DNA from: Gammaproteobacteria bacterium
GTDB lineage: Bacteria > Pseudomonadota > Gammaproteobacteria > Eutrophobiales > Eutrophobiaceae
Direction: 5' to 3'
NCBI GenBank assembly: GCA_965215365.1
Contig: CBDCDS010000003.1
Span: 1,824,001 to 1,888,000, forward strand
DNA: 64,000 nt
Both the position numbers and the translations under genes were made by a program. The notes under the pieces are model-generated. The model was not told the DNA's origin and did not search any database. It worked only from the letters and a program-made list of their open reading frames with translations. Numbering within the stretch: position 1 is the stretch's first letter; each line of letters begins with the position of its first letter. Positions 45,273 to 56,448 of this stretch are shown here, in pieces.

Positions 45273-45737
45273 ATGCAGGTGATATTACTGGAAAAAATCG
45301 GGAAACTAGGCGAGCTCGGACAGCAGGTGAACGTCAAGCCCGGCTATGGACGAAATTTTCTTATTCCAAGCGGCAAGGCAATCCCGGCCACGCCGGACAA
45401 TATAACGAAGTTTGAGGCGCAGCGGGCGCAGCTGGAACAAACCCAGGCCGAGACGGTGGCCGCAGCCCAGGCTCGGGCGGAAGGACTCAACATGCTGGAA
45501 CTGACACTGCCCAGGAAAATTGTCGCCGACGACCGTCTGTATGGCTCGGTGGGTACCCACGACATTATCGAAGCGGCACAGGCCGCAGGACAGGAGATTA
45601 CCAAACATGAAGTCCGGCTGCCGGATGGCCCGTTCAGAGCCTTAGGCGAGTATGAGGTTGAATTGCACCTGCACGCAGATGTGCCCGCTCGCATCAAACT
45701 GAAAATCGTGGCGGAACAGGAGCAGGATGCGGCCTGA
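45273..45737 (+). CDS. rplI: 50S ribosomal protein L9
   Basis: MQVILLEKI..LG..G..VNVKPGYGRNFLIP. Confidence 0.97.
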   Translation: MQVILLEKIGKLGELGQQVNVKPGYGRNFLIPSGKAIPATPDNITKFEAQRAQLEQTQAETVAAAQARAEGLNMLELTLPRKIVADDRLYGSVGTHDIIEAAQAAGQEITKHEVRLPDGPFRALGEYEVELHLHADVPARIKLKIVAEQEQDAA

Positions 45738-45740
45738 ACT

Positions 45741-47135
45741 ATGCCCGAGCCCGCACATAGCGTTTCTGATCCTGAAATCAGGGCGCTGAAGACCCCGCCT
45801 CATTCCATTGAGGCGGAACAGTCGGTGTTGGGCGGATTGTTCCTGGACCAGGAGGCCTACATCAAGGTTATTGAGCGGGTACAGGCCGACGATTTTTATC
45901 GTCAGGACCACCGCATTATCTACAACGCCATCCAGTCTCTGGATAACGAAGGCAAGCCGTTTGATTTGGTCACGGTAGCCGAATGGCTGGAGTCTCACCG
46001 GCAACTCGACGATGCCGGCGGCCTGTCTTATCTGGCGGCGCTGGCCGACAACACGCCTTCTTCCAGCAATGTCGCGGTCTATGCCGATATTGTGCGCAAG
46101 CGCTCCATAATGCGGCGCTTGATTGCCGCTACCGTCAAAATCAACGAAACCATCTTTAACCCGATGGGCATGAGCAGCGAGCAGGTGCTGGATTTTGCCG
46201 AGCAGGTCATCTTTGAGATAGCCGAAGGGGAAACCCGGGGCAAGCGCGCCTATACAAGCATTCAACCCCTGTTGAGCAGCGCCCTGGAGCGGGTGCAGGA
46301 GCTGTACGAGAAACAAACCCCGGTCACCGGCCTTGCCACCGGCTTCGAGGACTTCGACGAACGCACGGCCGGCTTGCAGAAATCCGACCTGATCATCGTC
46401 GCCGGCAGACCCTCCATGGGTAAGACCGCGTTTGCTGTCAATATCGCCGAATACGCAGTCATCAAGGAGAAACTGTCCGTGGTCATGTTCAGTATGGAAA
46501 TGCCAGGTGAACAACTGGCCATACGCATGATGTCGTCATGGGGGCGAGTCGATCAGCAAAAGGTGCGCACCGGCAAGTTGCAGGATCAAGACTGGCCGCG
46601 CCTGACCTCGGCGGTATTAGCGTTAAAGGATGCAAAACTGTTCATTGACGACACCCCGGCCCTGACGCCGGCAGAATTACGCGCCCGCTGCCGGCGTCTG
46701 GCCCGGGAACACAGCCTGGATCTGATTATCATTGACTATCTGCAACTGATGCAAATCCCCGGCACTATGGAGAACCGGGCAACCGAAATTTCCGAGATCT
46801 CGCGTTCCCTCAAAGCCATGGCCAAGGAGCTCAACGTGCCTGTGGTGGCCTTGTCGCAGCTGAACCGCAGCTTAGAGCAACGCCCCAACAAGCGCCCGGT
46901 CATGTCCGACTTGCGTGAATCCGGCGCCATCGAGCAGGATGCCGATGTGATCGTGTTCATCTATCGGGATGAAGTTTATAATGAAGACAGCGCCGACAAG
47001 GGCATGGCTGAAATCATCATCGGCAAGCAGCGCAACGGTCCCATCGGCACGGTAAAACTGGCATTTCTGGGCCAGTTCACACGTTTTGAAAATTATACGG
47101 AAGAACCTTCATACCTGTCGGGCCCGGATGAATGA
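45741..47135 (+). CDS. dnaB: Replicative DNA helicase
   Basis: PPHSIEAEQSVLG, AGRPSMGKT, IDYLQL and SDLRESGAIEQDAD. Confidence 0.98.
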   Translation: MPEPAHSVSDPEIRALKTPPHSIEAEQSVLGGLFLDQEAYIKVIERVQADDFYRQDHRIIYNAIQSLDNEGKPFDLVTVAEWLESHRQLDDAGGLSYLAALADNTPSSSNVAVYADIVRKRSIMRRLIAATVKINETIFNPMGMSSEQVLDFAEQVIFEIAEGETRGKRAYTSIQPLLSSALERVQELYEKQTPVTGLATGFEDFDERTAGLQKSDLIIVAGRPSMGKTAFAVNIAEYAVIKEKLSVVMFSMEMPGEQLAIRMMSSWGRVDQQKVRTGKLQDQDWPRLTSAVLALKDAKLFIDDTPALTPAELRARCRRLAREHSLDLIIIDYLQLMQIPGTMENRATEISEISRSLKAMAKELNVPVVALSQLNRSLEQRPNKRPVMSDLRESGAIEQDADVIVFIYRDEVYNEDSADKGMAEIIIGKQRNGPIGTVKLAFLGQFTRFENYTEEPSYLSGPDE

Positions 47136-48292
47136 CCCGTCCCGCCAGGGTGATCATCGATCTGGCTGCGTTGCGTCATAATCTGGCGCAGGCCCGGGAG
47201 TATGCACCGAACAGCAAGGTGATGGCCATCGTCAAGGCCGATGCCTACGGACACGGTATCAGCCGCGTGGCGCCGGCGCTGGCACCGGCCGATGCCTTCG
47301 GGGTGGCCTGTCTGGAGGAGGCCCGGCAACTCAGGCAGGAGGGGGTGGAACAGAAAATCCTGTTGCTGGAAGGGCCCTACGACGCATCGGAACTTGCCGA
47401 GATACAACAGCGGCGGCTCGATATTGTGATCCACCACCGCGTGCAACTGGAACTGCTCGAGCAAGCTGAGATCACTGTTCCGCTCAAGGTGTGGCTCAAG
47501 GTTGACAGCGGCATGCACCGGCTTGGCTTTGCGCCGGAGGAGGTGGCGCCGGTGTGTGCGCGCTTGCTGCGCATTAACGGCGTGGCTCGGAAGATCCGCT
47601 TTATCTCCCATCTGGCGTGCGCCAACGAGGCCGACAACCCACTGACACAGAAGCAGGGCGAGGTCTTTTTTGAGGCGACAAAACCTTACCGTGCGGAAAA
47701 ATCCCTGGCAAATTCCGCGGCGCTGCTGAGTCGCCCGGACTACTGCCTGGACTGGGTCAGGCCCGGCCTGATGTTGTACGGGGTATCGCCGCTGGATGCG
47801 CGTATTGGAACCGGTTTCAACCTGAAACCCGTCATGACCTTTGGCTCAAGCCTGATTTCCGTAAAGCGCTTGCGCAGCGGCGACCCGGTCGGCTATGGCG
47901 CCAGCTGGCGCTGTCCGCAGGACATGCCGGTAGGCGTAGTGGCTGCCGGTTACGGTGATGGCTACCCGCGCCATGCAGTGACCGGCACCCGCATCCAAGT
48001 ACGCGGCAGGGATTGTGCATTAATCGGGAAGCCCTCCATGGACATGATGACGCTGGACTTGCGCGCCTGCCCGGACGCCGCACCCGGTGACCCGGTATTG
48101 TTGTGGGGCCAAGGATTGCCGGTTGAGGAGACCGCAGTCGGCGCCGGAACTGTGCCTTACGAGGTGCTGTGCGGCGTGCACAAACGCCTTGAGTTTGTGA
48201 CTTATGACAACAAAGACCAGCCCGCAGCTCTCACCAAGACCAGCGAGGGCGCATCAAGCGCAGTGGGTTATGGGGAAAGAGCAGCAATATGA
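47132..48292 (+). CDS. alr: Alanine racemase (24-aa MITE-derived C-terminal extension)
   Basis: AIVKADAYGHG, KVDSGMHRLG and GYGDGYPR. Confidence 0.96.
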   Translation: MTRPARVIIDLAALRHNLAQAREYAPNSKVMAIVKADAYGHGISRVAPALAPADAFGVACLEEARQLRQEGVEQKILLLEGPYDASELAEIQQRRLDIVIHHRVQLELLEQAEITVPLKVWLKVDSGMHRLGFAPEEVAPVCARLLRINGVARKIRFISHLACANEADNPLTQKQGEVFFEATKPYRAEKSLANSAALLSRPDYCLDWVRPGLMLYGVSPLDARIGTGFNLKPVMTFGSSLISVKRLRSGDPVGYGASWRCPQDMPVGVVAAGYGDGYPRHAVTGTRIQVRGRDCALIGKPSMDMMTLDLRACPDAAPGDPVLLWGQGLPVEETAVGAGTVPYEVLCGVHKRLEFVTYDNKDQPAALTKTSEGASSAVGYGERAAI

Positions 48293-48356
48293 TCATAACT
48301 TATTGAAAGCAATTATGTTTCACAAGACGACAAGCGACTTAGTGAGATATGCGGGC
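48220..48356. mobile_element. 137-bp MITE (shorter relative of the 241-bp array unit) at the alr/radA junction
   Basis: TIR GCCCGCAGCTCTCACCAAG / CTTAGTGAGATATGCGGGC, flanked by CA/TA. Its reverse complement aligns with 34934-35070. Confidence 0.9.
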
Positions 48357-49728
48357 TAAGGCCAGGAAACAGTACCAGTGCAATGAATGTGGCGCCCGTG
48401 CGCCCAAGTGGACCGGGCAATGCGCGGATTGTAACGCCTGGAACACCCTGGTCGAAATTGCGCCGGAGCAGGGTGCGCCGGGTGACATGCGGTTTCAGTC
48501 GCACCTTGCCGCGCGCGCAGAGGTGTGCAAACTGGACGAGGTGGGCCTGGAACAGGAGCCGCGTATGCCAACCGGTTCCAAGGAACTTGATCGCGCCCTG
48601 GGGGGCGGCCTGGTGGGCGGTTCCGTGGTGTTGCTGGGTGGCGATCCGGGCATTGGCAAGTCCACCTTGTTATTGCAGGCGTTAGCGTCGCTGAGTCAGG
48701 ATGATAATCTCGCCGCCCTGTACGTTACCGGGGAAGAATCAATCGAACAGGTGAGCTTGCGCGGGCGCCGACTGGGGTTGCCGGCAACCGGCTTGTACGT
48801 GCTTGCGGAGAACCTGTTGGAGCATATTATTGAGGCGGCCAACGCACGCGCGCCGCGGGTGCTGGTAGTAGATTCTATTCAGACGGTATTTTCCGAAACC
48901 CTGCAATCAGCACCCGGTTCGGTGGCCCAGGTACGCGAGTGTGCGGCGCGGCTGGTACGCTACGCCAAGCAGACCCGTACCATGGTGTTTCTGGTGGGGC
49001 ATGTCACCAAGGAAGGGGCGCTGGCAGGCCCCAGGGTGCTGGAACACATGGTGGATACGGTGTTGTATTTTGAGGGTGACAGCAACAGCCGCTACCGGAT
49101 GATTCGCGCGGTCAAGAACCGTTACGGCGCAGTCAATGAGCTCGGTGTATTTGCCATGACCGACAAGGGCTTGCGCGCAGTCAGTAATCCTTCGGCGCTG
49201 TTTCTGTCCAACCACGGAGAAGCGGCGCCCGGCACGGCCATCCTGGTCACCCGCGAAGGCAGCCGCCCGTTGTTGGTGGAGGTGCAGGCGCTGGTGGACC
49301 AGTGCCACGGCAGCCAGCCGCGGCGGGTGACCGTGGGGCTGGAGCAAAACCGCCTGTCCATGTTACTGGCAGTCCTGCATCGGCATGCAGGGGTGGCGAC
49401 TTACGATCAGGATGTGTTTGTCAATGTGGCCGGCGGTGTCCGCATCAATGAAACTGCGGCGGATCTGGCGGTGCTGGCGGCGGTGCTGTCCAGCCTGCAC
49501 AACCAGTCTCCGGCGGATGATCGGGTGGTATTCGGTGAAGTTGGCCTGACGGGGGAAATCAGGCCCGTTCAGGAGGGCACAGAACGCCTCAAAGAGGCAC
49601 AAAAGCACGGGTTCAATCAGGCCATCATCCCCGCCGCCAACGCCCCCAAAAAAATGCCGGGGAAATTCCGCGTCACCCCGGTGCGGAAGCTGAGTCAGGC
49701 TATTGAGGCGTTGCGCACCCGGCAATAA
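48349..49728 (+). CDS. radA: DNA repair protein RadA/Sms
   Basis: Zn finger CNECG..WTGQCADC, GGDPGIGKST and KNRYG. The current ATG lies in the MITE TIR. Confidence 0.96.
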   Translation: MRAKARKQYQCNECGARAPKWTGQCADCNAWNTLVEIAPEQGAPGDMRFQSHLAARAEVCKLDEVGLEQEPRMPTGSKELDRALGGGLVGGSVVLLGGDPGIGKSTLLLQALASLSQDDNLAALYVTGEESIEQVSLRGRRLGLPATGLYVLAENLLEHIIEAANARAPRVLVVDSIQTVFSETLQSAPGSVAQVRECAARLVRYAKQTRTMVFLVGHVTKEGALAGPRVLEHMVDTVLYFEGDSNSRYRMIRAVKNRYGAVNELGVFAMTDKGLRAVSNPSALFLSNHGEAAPGTAILVTREGSRPLLVEVQALVDQCHGSQPRRVTVGLEQNRLSMLLAVLHRHAGVATYDQDVFVNVAGGVRINETAADLAVLAAVLSSLHNQSPADDRVVFGEVGLTGEIRPVQEGTERLKEAQKHGFNQAIIPAANAPKKMPGKFRVTPVRKLSQAIEALRTRQ

Positions 49729-49755
49729 CAGCGCTTGCTCGTTATCCTCCGTTCG

Positions 49756-50928
49756 TCATTCCTGCCAGAGCTCTGCCGCTAACTCCTCAGCCCTGCCGAG
49801 GTCCTCCTCCGATAACTCCTGCAGCAGGCTGTCGCGCCGGTGCAGATCCAGCGGGTTGCCATCTTCGGCCAGCAGGGTGTACCAGGCCAAGGCCAGTGGT
49901 TTGTTCGGGGGCAGGCGCCCTGAGCCCTGCAGGTAGAGTAGCGCCAGACTGCGCCGTGCCGGGGTATAGCCCTGGGCGGCAGCTTTCCGGTACCATTCCA
50001 GCGCCTGCTCCGGATCCTGCTCAGTCCCGTCACCGTTGGCGTAGGTCGCGCCTAGGCGGTATTGGGCGGGGGCGTAACCTTGCTGCGCGGATTTGCTGAA
50101 ATAGGCAAAGGCTTGTGCGTAGTCTTGCGCCAGGGTGTCACCCATGGCGTAGGCCAGACCCAGTTCATAGTTGGAGACCGCGGTTGAATTTGCCAGTGGG
50201 GTAGGGCGTTCAGCAGTGGCGGCGACGTTCTCTGCGGAGGTTCTGGGCGCATTCCCGGCTGTCACTGAAGTCTGCGTCGGTGGTGACGCCGGCGCCCCGG
50301 CGCCATTGCCGGCTTGAGTTTGTACCTCGGTATCAGGCTCGGACACAGGTTTGTCGCCCCGACCAAACCAGCGTTTGAAGACCCCGGTTTTTTCGGCTTT
50401 CGCTCTGGATTCAGCCCGAGGTTTAACCTCAAGCGGGGGCAGGGATACGGCTTCCCGTTCCAGTTCCTCACGGGTTTTGGCGGTGCTGATACGCCGCAGG
50501 CTGGCAAGATTGTTGCGGGCATCATTATGGCCTTGTTGCGCCGCTTGTTCATACCAGTGTCGCGCCTCGGAATCGCTCTGGCGCACGCCTTCTCCCATCA
50601 GGAACATATTCCCCAGTCGGTACTGGGCGTCGGCATAACCCAGTTCCGCCGCGCGTGCATACCAGCGCGCGGCCCTGGCAATATCCATCTCCACGCCGGC
50701 ACCGCGGTGATAAAGTGCGGCCAGTTCATGCTGGGCCTGAGCATTGTCCTGCACGGCCAGCTCAGCAAACAGCTCATAGGCAATGTCGTATTCCTGATTC
50801 TGCAATGCCGTGTAGGCGGCGCGCAGCGCCTGCGCGCGCTCAGCATCGGCGTCGGCAGCGGCGGGCGCGTTGACGGCGGCGCTTGCGCACAGTACGAGCA
50901 GGGTTGCCAGTGGCAAAAATCTAATCAC
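49756..50928 (-). CDS. Exported Sel1-like repeat protein
   Basis: Signal peptide and two clusters of AQY.LG..Y..G.GV..D...A..WY..AA.QG repeats, separated by a low-complexity linker. Confidence 0.9.
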   Translation of the reverse strand: MIRFLPLATLLVLCASAAVNAPAAADADAERAQALRAAYTALQNQEYDIAYELFAELAVQDNAQAQHELAALYHRGAGVEMDIARAARWYARAAELGYADAQYRLGNMFLMGEGVRQSDSEARHWYEQAAQQGHNDARNNLASLRRISTAKTREELEREAVSLPPLEVKPRAESRAKAEKTGVFKRWFGRGDKPVSEPDTEVQTQAGNGAGAPASPPTQTSVTAGNAPRTSAENVAATAERPTPLANSTAVSNYELGLAYAMGDTLAQDYAQAFAYFSKSAQQGYAPAQYRLGATYANGDGTEQDPEQALEWYRKAAAQGYTPARRSLALLYLQGSGRLPPNKPLALAWYTLLAEDGNPLDLHRRDSLLQELSEEDLGRAEELAAELWQE

Positions 50929-51084
50929 GGATGATGGGTGTGGAATGTGTTACTATGGTGCCCATTGTACCTGAAAGCATGTTATCGGCACACCTGCATT
51001 TTCTGTGTGACTGCACCGCCGTGGCGGTGATGTACTGATGTTGTGGCCCGGTGACTGTCGGTCCCGAGGCGGCATACTGTAGCA

Positions 51085-52506
51085 ATGACGAGCAAAACAC
51101 TCTACGACAAACTGTGGGATGAACATCTGGTGCAGGACTTCGGCAATGGTGTCTGTCTGTTGTACATCGATCGCCACCTGGTCCACGAAGTCACTTCTCC
51201 GCAGGCATTCGAAGGGCTGCGTCTTGCCGGCCGGGAACCCTGGCGGCCTGGTGCCAGTCTGGCCGTGCCTGACCACAATGTGCCCACCCGCCGGCGGACA
51301 GTCATTGCCGACCCGGTCGCGCGCAAGCAACTGCAGACCCTGGAACAAAACGTAAAAGCTGCGCGTATTCCCTATTTTGAACTGTCTGATAAACGCCAGG
51401 GCATCGTGCACGTCATTGGCCCGGAGCAGGGCGCCTGCCTGCCTGGCATGACGATTGTGTGCGGCGATTCGCACACCACTACCAACGGCGCGCTGGCGGC
51501 TCTGGCTATGGGTATCGGCACCTCCGAGGTGGAGCATGTGCTGGCCACCCAGACCCTGGTAGCCAAAAAAATGAAGAATATGCAGGTGCGAGTCAGCAAC
51601 AGGCTGGCACCAGGTATCACCGCCAAAGACCTGATTTTGTATATCATCGGCAAAATTGGCACAGCCGGCGGTGTTGGTTGTGCCATTGAGTTCTGCGGGG
51701 AGGGCGTCAGCGCCCTGTCCATGGAGGGGCGTATGACCTTGTGTAATATGGCTATCGAAGCCGGCGCCCGGTGCGGTCTGGTGGCGGTGGATGAGCAGAC
51801 TATCAACTATGTCAGGGGACGGCCGTTTGCGCCAACCGGGGATAGCTGGGACAGGGCTGTTGACGCCTGGCAAGACCTGCACAGCGACCCCGGCGTTGCG
51901 TTTGACCAGACCGTGGAGATTGACGCCGCCGCCGTGCCGCCCTGCGTGACCTGGGGCACCTCACCGGAGATGGTGGCGTCGGTGCACGAGCAGGTGCCGG
52001 ACCCGGCGCAGGAGGCGGACTCGGTCAGGCGCGCGGGCATGTCGAGCGCACTGCGCTATATGGGCTTGCAGGCGGGTATGCCCATCAGCGCCATCTGCCC
52101 GGACCGGATTTTTATCGGTTCCTGCACCAACTCGCGCATTGAAGATCTGCGCGCGGCGGCCCGGGTGGTTGCCGGGAAGCGTCTGGCAGACAACATTAAA
52201 CAAGCCCTGGTGGTGCCGGGTTCCGGTCTGGTCAAACGTCAGGCCGAGGCCGAAGGGCTGGACGGCATCTTCCTCAATGCCGGTTTTGAGTGGCGCGAGC
52301 CGGGCTGCTCCATGTGCCTGGGTATGAACGACGATCGACTCGATGAGGGCGAGCGTAGCGCTTCCACCTCCAATCGTAACTTTGAAGGCCGCCAAGGCGC
52401 TGGCGGTCGCACCCATCTGGTGGGCCCGGCCATGGCTGCGGCGGCCGGCATAGCCGGCCACTTTGTCGATGTGCGCGAATATTTGCCTGCAGATAACGCA
52501 GATTAA
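51085..52506 (+). CDS. leuC: 3-isopropylmalate dehydratase large subunit
   Basis: [31 protein letters not shown] and [12 protein letters not shown]. Confidence 0.98.
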   Translation: MTSKTLYDKLWDEHLVQDFGNGVCLLYIDRHLVHEVTSPQAFEGLRLAGREPWRPGASLAVPDHNVPTRRRTVIADPVARKQLQTLEQNVKAARIPYFELSDKRQGIVHVIGPEQGACLPGMTIVCGDSHTTTNGALAALAMGIGTSEVEHVLATQTLVAKKMKNMQVRVSNRLAPGITAKDLILYIIGKIGTAGGVGCAIEFCGEGVSALSMEGRMTLCNMAIEAGARCGLVAVDEQTINYVRGRPFAPTGDSWDRAVDAWQDLHSDPGVAFDQTVEIDAAAVPPCVTWGTSPEMVASVHEQVPDPAQEADSVRRAGMSSALRYMGLQAGMPISAICPDRIFIGSCTNSRIEDLRAAARVVAGKRLADNIKQALVVPGSGLVKRQAEAEGLDGIFLNAGFEWREPGCSMCLGMNDDRLDEGERSASTSNRNFEGRQGAGGRTHLVGPAMAAAAGIAGHFVDVREYLPADNAD

Positions 52507-52511
52507 CGCAG

Positions 52512-53159
52512 ATGCAAGCCTTCACAACGCTAAATGGTCTGGTCGCCCCTCTGGACCGGTCCAATGTCGATACCGACGCGATCATTCCCAAGCAGTTCTT
52601 AAAATCCATTCATCGTACTGGTTTTGGGCCGAATCTGTTTGATTCATGGCGCTATCTCGACACCGGTGAACCGGAGCAGGATTGCCGCGGGCGGCCGTTA
52701 CGGCAGGACTTCGTGTTGAATCTGCCGCGTTACCAGGGTGCGCAAATACTGCTGGCGCGGGAGAATTTTGGTTGCGGCTCCTCCCGGGAACATGCTGTGT
52801 GGGCCTTGTACGAGTACGGTTTCCGCTGTGTCATTGCGCCGAGTTACGGTGATATTTTTGCCACCAATGCCGGCAAGAACGGTTTATTAACCATTGTGCT
52901 TGGCTTGGCGCAGGTGCAGCGGTTGTTTCGGGAAGTCGAGCAAACCGAAGGCTACCGGTTGCAGGTAAATCTGCACGAACAGACGGTCGGCGCCCCGGCC
53001 GGGCAGGTGTTCGGTTTTGAGATTGAAGCCGCACTCAAGGAACGGCTGCTGTTGGGTCAGGACGATATCGGCATGACCCTGGCGCGCCGCGAGCTGATTC
53101 GCGCGTATGAACAACGGCGGTTACAGGAACGCCCGTGGCTGTTCCCGGACCTGACCTGA
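52512..53159 (+). CDS. leuD: 3-isopropylmalate dehydratase small subunit
   Basis: [13 protein letters not shown] and [11 protein letters not shown]. Confidence 0.98.
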   Translation: MQAFTTLNGLVAPLDRSNVDTDAIIPKQFLKSIHRTGFGPNLFDSWRYLDTGEPEQDCRGRPLRQDFVLNLPRYQGAQILLARENFGCGSSREHAVWALYEYGFRCVIAPSYGDIFATNAGKNGLLTIVLGLAQVQRLFREVEQTEGYRLQVNLHEQTVGAPAGQVFGFEIEAALKERLLLGQDDIGMTLARRELIRAYEQRRLQERPWLFPDLT

Positions 53160-53209
53160 TAAAAAATCGGTGGCGGCATCATGGGCGCCGCCGGCTTGTT
53201 TGAGGTGAC

Positions 53210-54811
53210 ATGATGGATAATCTGCAAAAATTGTTCGAGACCCAAACACGCGCCTGGAACGCCTGCACTGACTTGTGGATTAACACCACCAGGGCATTTT
53301 TGGGGGAACAGAGCAGCCCGGTGAAGAAGCCGGACAAAAGCGACCGGCGTTTCCGGCATCCGGCTTGGGATGAGCATCCTTTCTATAGCCTCATCAAGCA
53401 ATCCTACCTGGTGGCTGCCGATGCGATGCAGTCCGCCATCGCCGAAGTGGACGGCGTGGATGAGGCGACTGCGCACAAGATGCGGTTTTATACTAGGCAA
53501 TTCGTGGATGCGATGTCGCCGTCCAACTTCCCGCTCACCAATCCGGAAGTGATGCAGGCGACCCTGGAATCAAAAGGGGATAATCTGCTCAAGGGACTGC
53601 AGAATCTTATCGACGACTTCGATGGCGAATCGGGCCAGCTGCGTATCAGCATGACCGACCGGGAGGCGTTTGCACCGGGTCGTAACGTTGCTACGACGCC
53701 GGGCAAGGTGGTGTTTCAGAACGACCTGTTGCAACTGTTGCAGTTCGAACCCGCCACAGCACAGACTTATAAGCAACCGTTGCTGATCATGCCGCCCTGG
53801 ATCAACAAGTATTACGTGCTGGACCTGCAACCGCAAAACTCCTTCATCAAGTGGTTGGTGGCGCAGGGGCACACGGTGTTTGTTGTGTCCTGGGTTAATC
53901 CCGATGCCAGCCTGGGGCACAAGGACTTTGCCGACTATGTCACGGCAGGAGCACTGGCGGCGATTGACGCCGTGACACAGGCTACCGGTGCAGTCCGGGT
54001 CAACCTGGTCGGTTATTGCATTGGCGGCACGCTGCTGGCGGCAACTCTGGCTTATATGCAGGAAACGGGCGATACCCGCGTCGCTTCAGCCACCTTTTTC
54101 GTTACGCTGATCGACTTCTCCATTCCCGGTGATCTGGGCGTATTCATTGATGAGCAACAACTGGAAAGCCTGGAACGCAGCATGGCCGCGCGCGGCTATC
54201 ACGACGGCAGGGACATGGCTGCCGCCTTCAACCTGTTGCGCGCGAACGACCTGATCTGGTCGTTTTACGTGCGCAACTACCTGCTGGGCAAGGAACCGGC
54301 ACCGTTTGATCTGCTTTACTGGAATGCCGATTCGACCCGGTTGCCGGCAAAAATGCACAGCACCTACCTGCGCACCATGTATCTGGAAAACCGGTTTAAG
54401 GAACCGGGTGGCTTAAGCGTTGCTGGCGTTCCCATAGACGTAAGCAAAATTCGCACGCCGGCCTATTTTATTTCCACCGAAGAGGATCACATCGCCCCCT
54501 GGAAAGGCACCTACCTGGGCGCGCAACTGTTCTCCGGCCCGGTGCGCTTCGTGCTGGGCAAGTCCGGCCACATTGCCGGCATCATCAACCCGCCCGACGC
54601 CAACAAGTATGGCTACTATACCGGGCCCGGGGTTGACCTTGCCGCAGCCGAGTGGCGCGCGACTGCCGAGCCGCATGACGGTTCCTGGTGGCCCGACTGG
54701 CAGGCCTGGTTGGAACAATACGCCGGCGAGCAGGTTGCCGCGCGGCGCCCCGGAGACAACGGGCAGGCCATTCTTGAAGATGCGCCGGGCAGTTACGTGA
54801 AGCTGTCGTAA
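53210..54811 (+). CDS. phaC: Class I polyhydroxyalkanoate synthase
   Basis: PPWINKYYVLDL, lipase box GYCIGG, EDHIAPW, SGHIAG and DAPGSYV. Confidence 0.93.
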   Translation: MMDNLQKLFETQTRAWNACTDLWINTTRAFLGEQSSPVKKPDKSDRRFRHPAWDEHPFYSLIKQSYLVAADAMQSAIAEVDGVDEATAHKMRFYTRQFVDAMSPSNFPLTNPEVMQATLESKGDNLLKGLQNLIDDFDGESGQLRISMTDREAFAPGRNVATTPGKVVFQNDLLQLLQFEPATAQTYKQPLLIMPPWINKYYVLDLQPQNSFIKWLVAQGHTVFVVSWVNPDASLGHKDFADYVTAGALAAIDAVTQATGAVRVNLVGYCIGGTLLAATLAYMQETGDTRVASATFFVTLIDFSIPGDLGVFIDEQQLESLERSMAARGYHDGRDMAAAFNLLRANDLIWSFYVRNYLLGKEPAPFDLLYWNADSTRLPAKMHSTYLRTMYLENRFKEPGGLSVAGVPIDVSKIRTPAYFISTEEDHIAPWKGTYLGAQLFSGPVRFVLGKSGHIAGIINPPDANKYGYYTGPGVDLAAAEWRATAEPHDGSWWPDWQAWLEQYAGEQVAARRPGDNGQAILEDAPGSYVKLS

Positions 54812-54820
54812 GAGGTTCCT

Positions 54821-56182
54821 TTAACTCGCCAGACGCTGGCTGGATAGCTGCTGGTATTCTTCCTCGAAGAAGAACTGCTCGGCGCCGAAGGCCGGTTCTA
54901 GGTCGTCCAGCCAGGTCGCGTGCTCGTCAAACCGGGCAAAGAACGGCTGCTGGGTCCAGTTTTCGTTGCGGCCTTGCAGGAATCTCAACAAAAACACCTT
55001 TTCGTTATTGATATCCATTACTCCCTGCACCTGCACCTTGCCCGGTGAGGCGCTCATGGAGGGGCCGCGCACGGTGCGCGCCAGACCGGAAACTGACTGG
55101 TAGGCTTGCTGATAGACCTCCAGCGCGCGTGCCAGCGGCACCTCAAAGTAGCGGCGGGCGCCGGTGTCACGCTCGACAAACATGTAATACGGGATCAGGC
55201 CCAGACGCACCTGCTCGCGCCACATCCTGGCCCAGACCAACGGGTCGTTATTGATCTTGTCTAGCAACGGTCCCTGGCAACGGATTTCCGCGCCGGTGGA
55301 ACGAATACGCTGGATGGCGCGCCGGGTCATGTAGGATTCCAGTTCCCGCCAGTGGTTGAGGTGAGCCATGAACGCCACGTGCTTGCCTGCTTTCACCAGT
55401 CGTTCCAGCAGGCGCAACAGGTCGTCGGCGTCATCATCAGTGACGAACCGGTGCGGCCAGTAGGTCAGCGCCTTGCTGCCGATACGCAAGGTCTGCACAT
55501 GGTGGACGGAATGGTCCAGCAGAGGTTCCAGATAACTGCTGAGGTGGCGGGTTTTCATCACCATGGGGTCGCCCCCGGTCACGAGCAGGTCGGAAACCTC
55601 CTTGTGCCGTTTCAGGTAAGCATACAAGCCGTCCGCTTCATTGGCTGAAAAACGCATGGACTTGTCGCCGACAAATTGCGCCCAACGGAAACAGAAAGTG
55701 CAGTAGGAATGGCAGACCTGGCCTTGAGAAGGAAAAAACAGCGCCGTCTCATGGTATTTGTGCTGCATCCCGCGCAAGGGTTCCTGATCCAGCCGCGGTA
55801 CGTTAAGCTCCATTTGTCCGGCCGGATGCGGGTTAAGGCCCGCACGAATTTTGACGGCAAGGGCGTGTACGGCTTTGGGGTCGGCGGCTGCGGCCAGCAG
55901 TTTCTCCATGCGTCTGAACGCGGCGGGTTCCAGCATGTCCCGTTGTGGGAACGTAAGCAGGAACATGGGGTCGGTTGCGGCGTTATCCCAGTCGATGAGC
56001 TGGTCGAGCACATGCTGGTTGACCCGGAACGGCAAGACTTTGGCAACTACACTGATTTCATGGCGCAATTCATCCGGCAGGTTATGTAAATAGTCAATTT
56101 GCTCAAGATTTTTCTCATTGTACACCTTGAACTTCGAGCTCGGGACGAGCTCAGGTCGTCTGGCAGTTGCAGCATAATTCAA
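54821..56182 (-). CDS. KamA-family radical SAM enzyme (lysine 2,3-aminomutase-like)
   Basis: QHKYHET, CHSYCTFCFRW, TGGDPM and RTVRGPSMS. Confidence 0.88.
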   Translation of the reverse strand: MNYAATARRPELVPSSKFKVYNEKNLEQIDYLHNLPDELRHEISVVAKVLPFRVNQHVLDQLIDWDNAATDPMFLLTFPQRDMLEPAAFRRMEKLLAAAADPKAVHALAVKIRAGLNPHPAGQMELNVPRLDQEPLRGMQHKYHETALFFPSQGQVCHSYCTFCFRWAQFVGDKSMRFSANEADGLYAYLKRHKEVSDLLVTGGDPMVMKTRHLSSYLEPLLDHSVHHVQTLRIGSKALTYWPHRFVTDDDADDLLRLLERLVKAGKHVAFMAHLNHWRELESYMTRRAIQRIRSTGAEIRCQGPLLDKINNDPLVWARMWREQVRLGLIPYYMFVERDTGARRYFEVPLARALEVYQQAYQSVSGLARTVRGPSMSASPGKVQVQGVMDINNEKVFLLRFLQGRNENWTQQPFFARFDEHATWLDDLEPAFGAEQFFFEEEYQQLSSQRLAS

Positions 56183-56448
56183 AGATACTCTCCCTATAGT
56201 TATTTTCAGCCCTGTATGGTTGTCATATAAGCGTTACACAGGGCGCAGCGGTTATATTCTTCACTTCTTGATGGGCAGTGTAACAGAAAAAAACCGGCGT
56301 GAAAAGGTTGTGTCCAGGTTCAATACAGTAAGAGTCTCACTTGTTTCTGAACCCGGACAGGTTGCTGACAGGTGCGCTGCACCAATCGTCCGCACACTCT
56401 TTCATTTTGGTAGAATTACATTGCCAGCGTGCTTATCAGACCATGTTG

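Noticed and set aside
54821-56182. KamA-like radical SAM as a RiPP tailoring enzyme
   Set aside because: It is separated from the locus by msrA and a PilZ-like gene, has no visible RRE or SPASM domain, and belongs to the aminomutase family.
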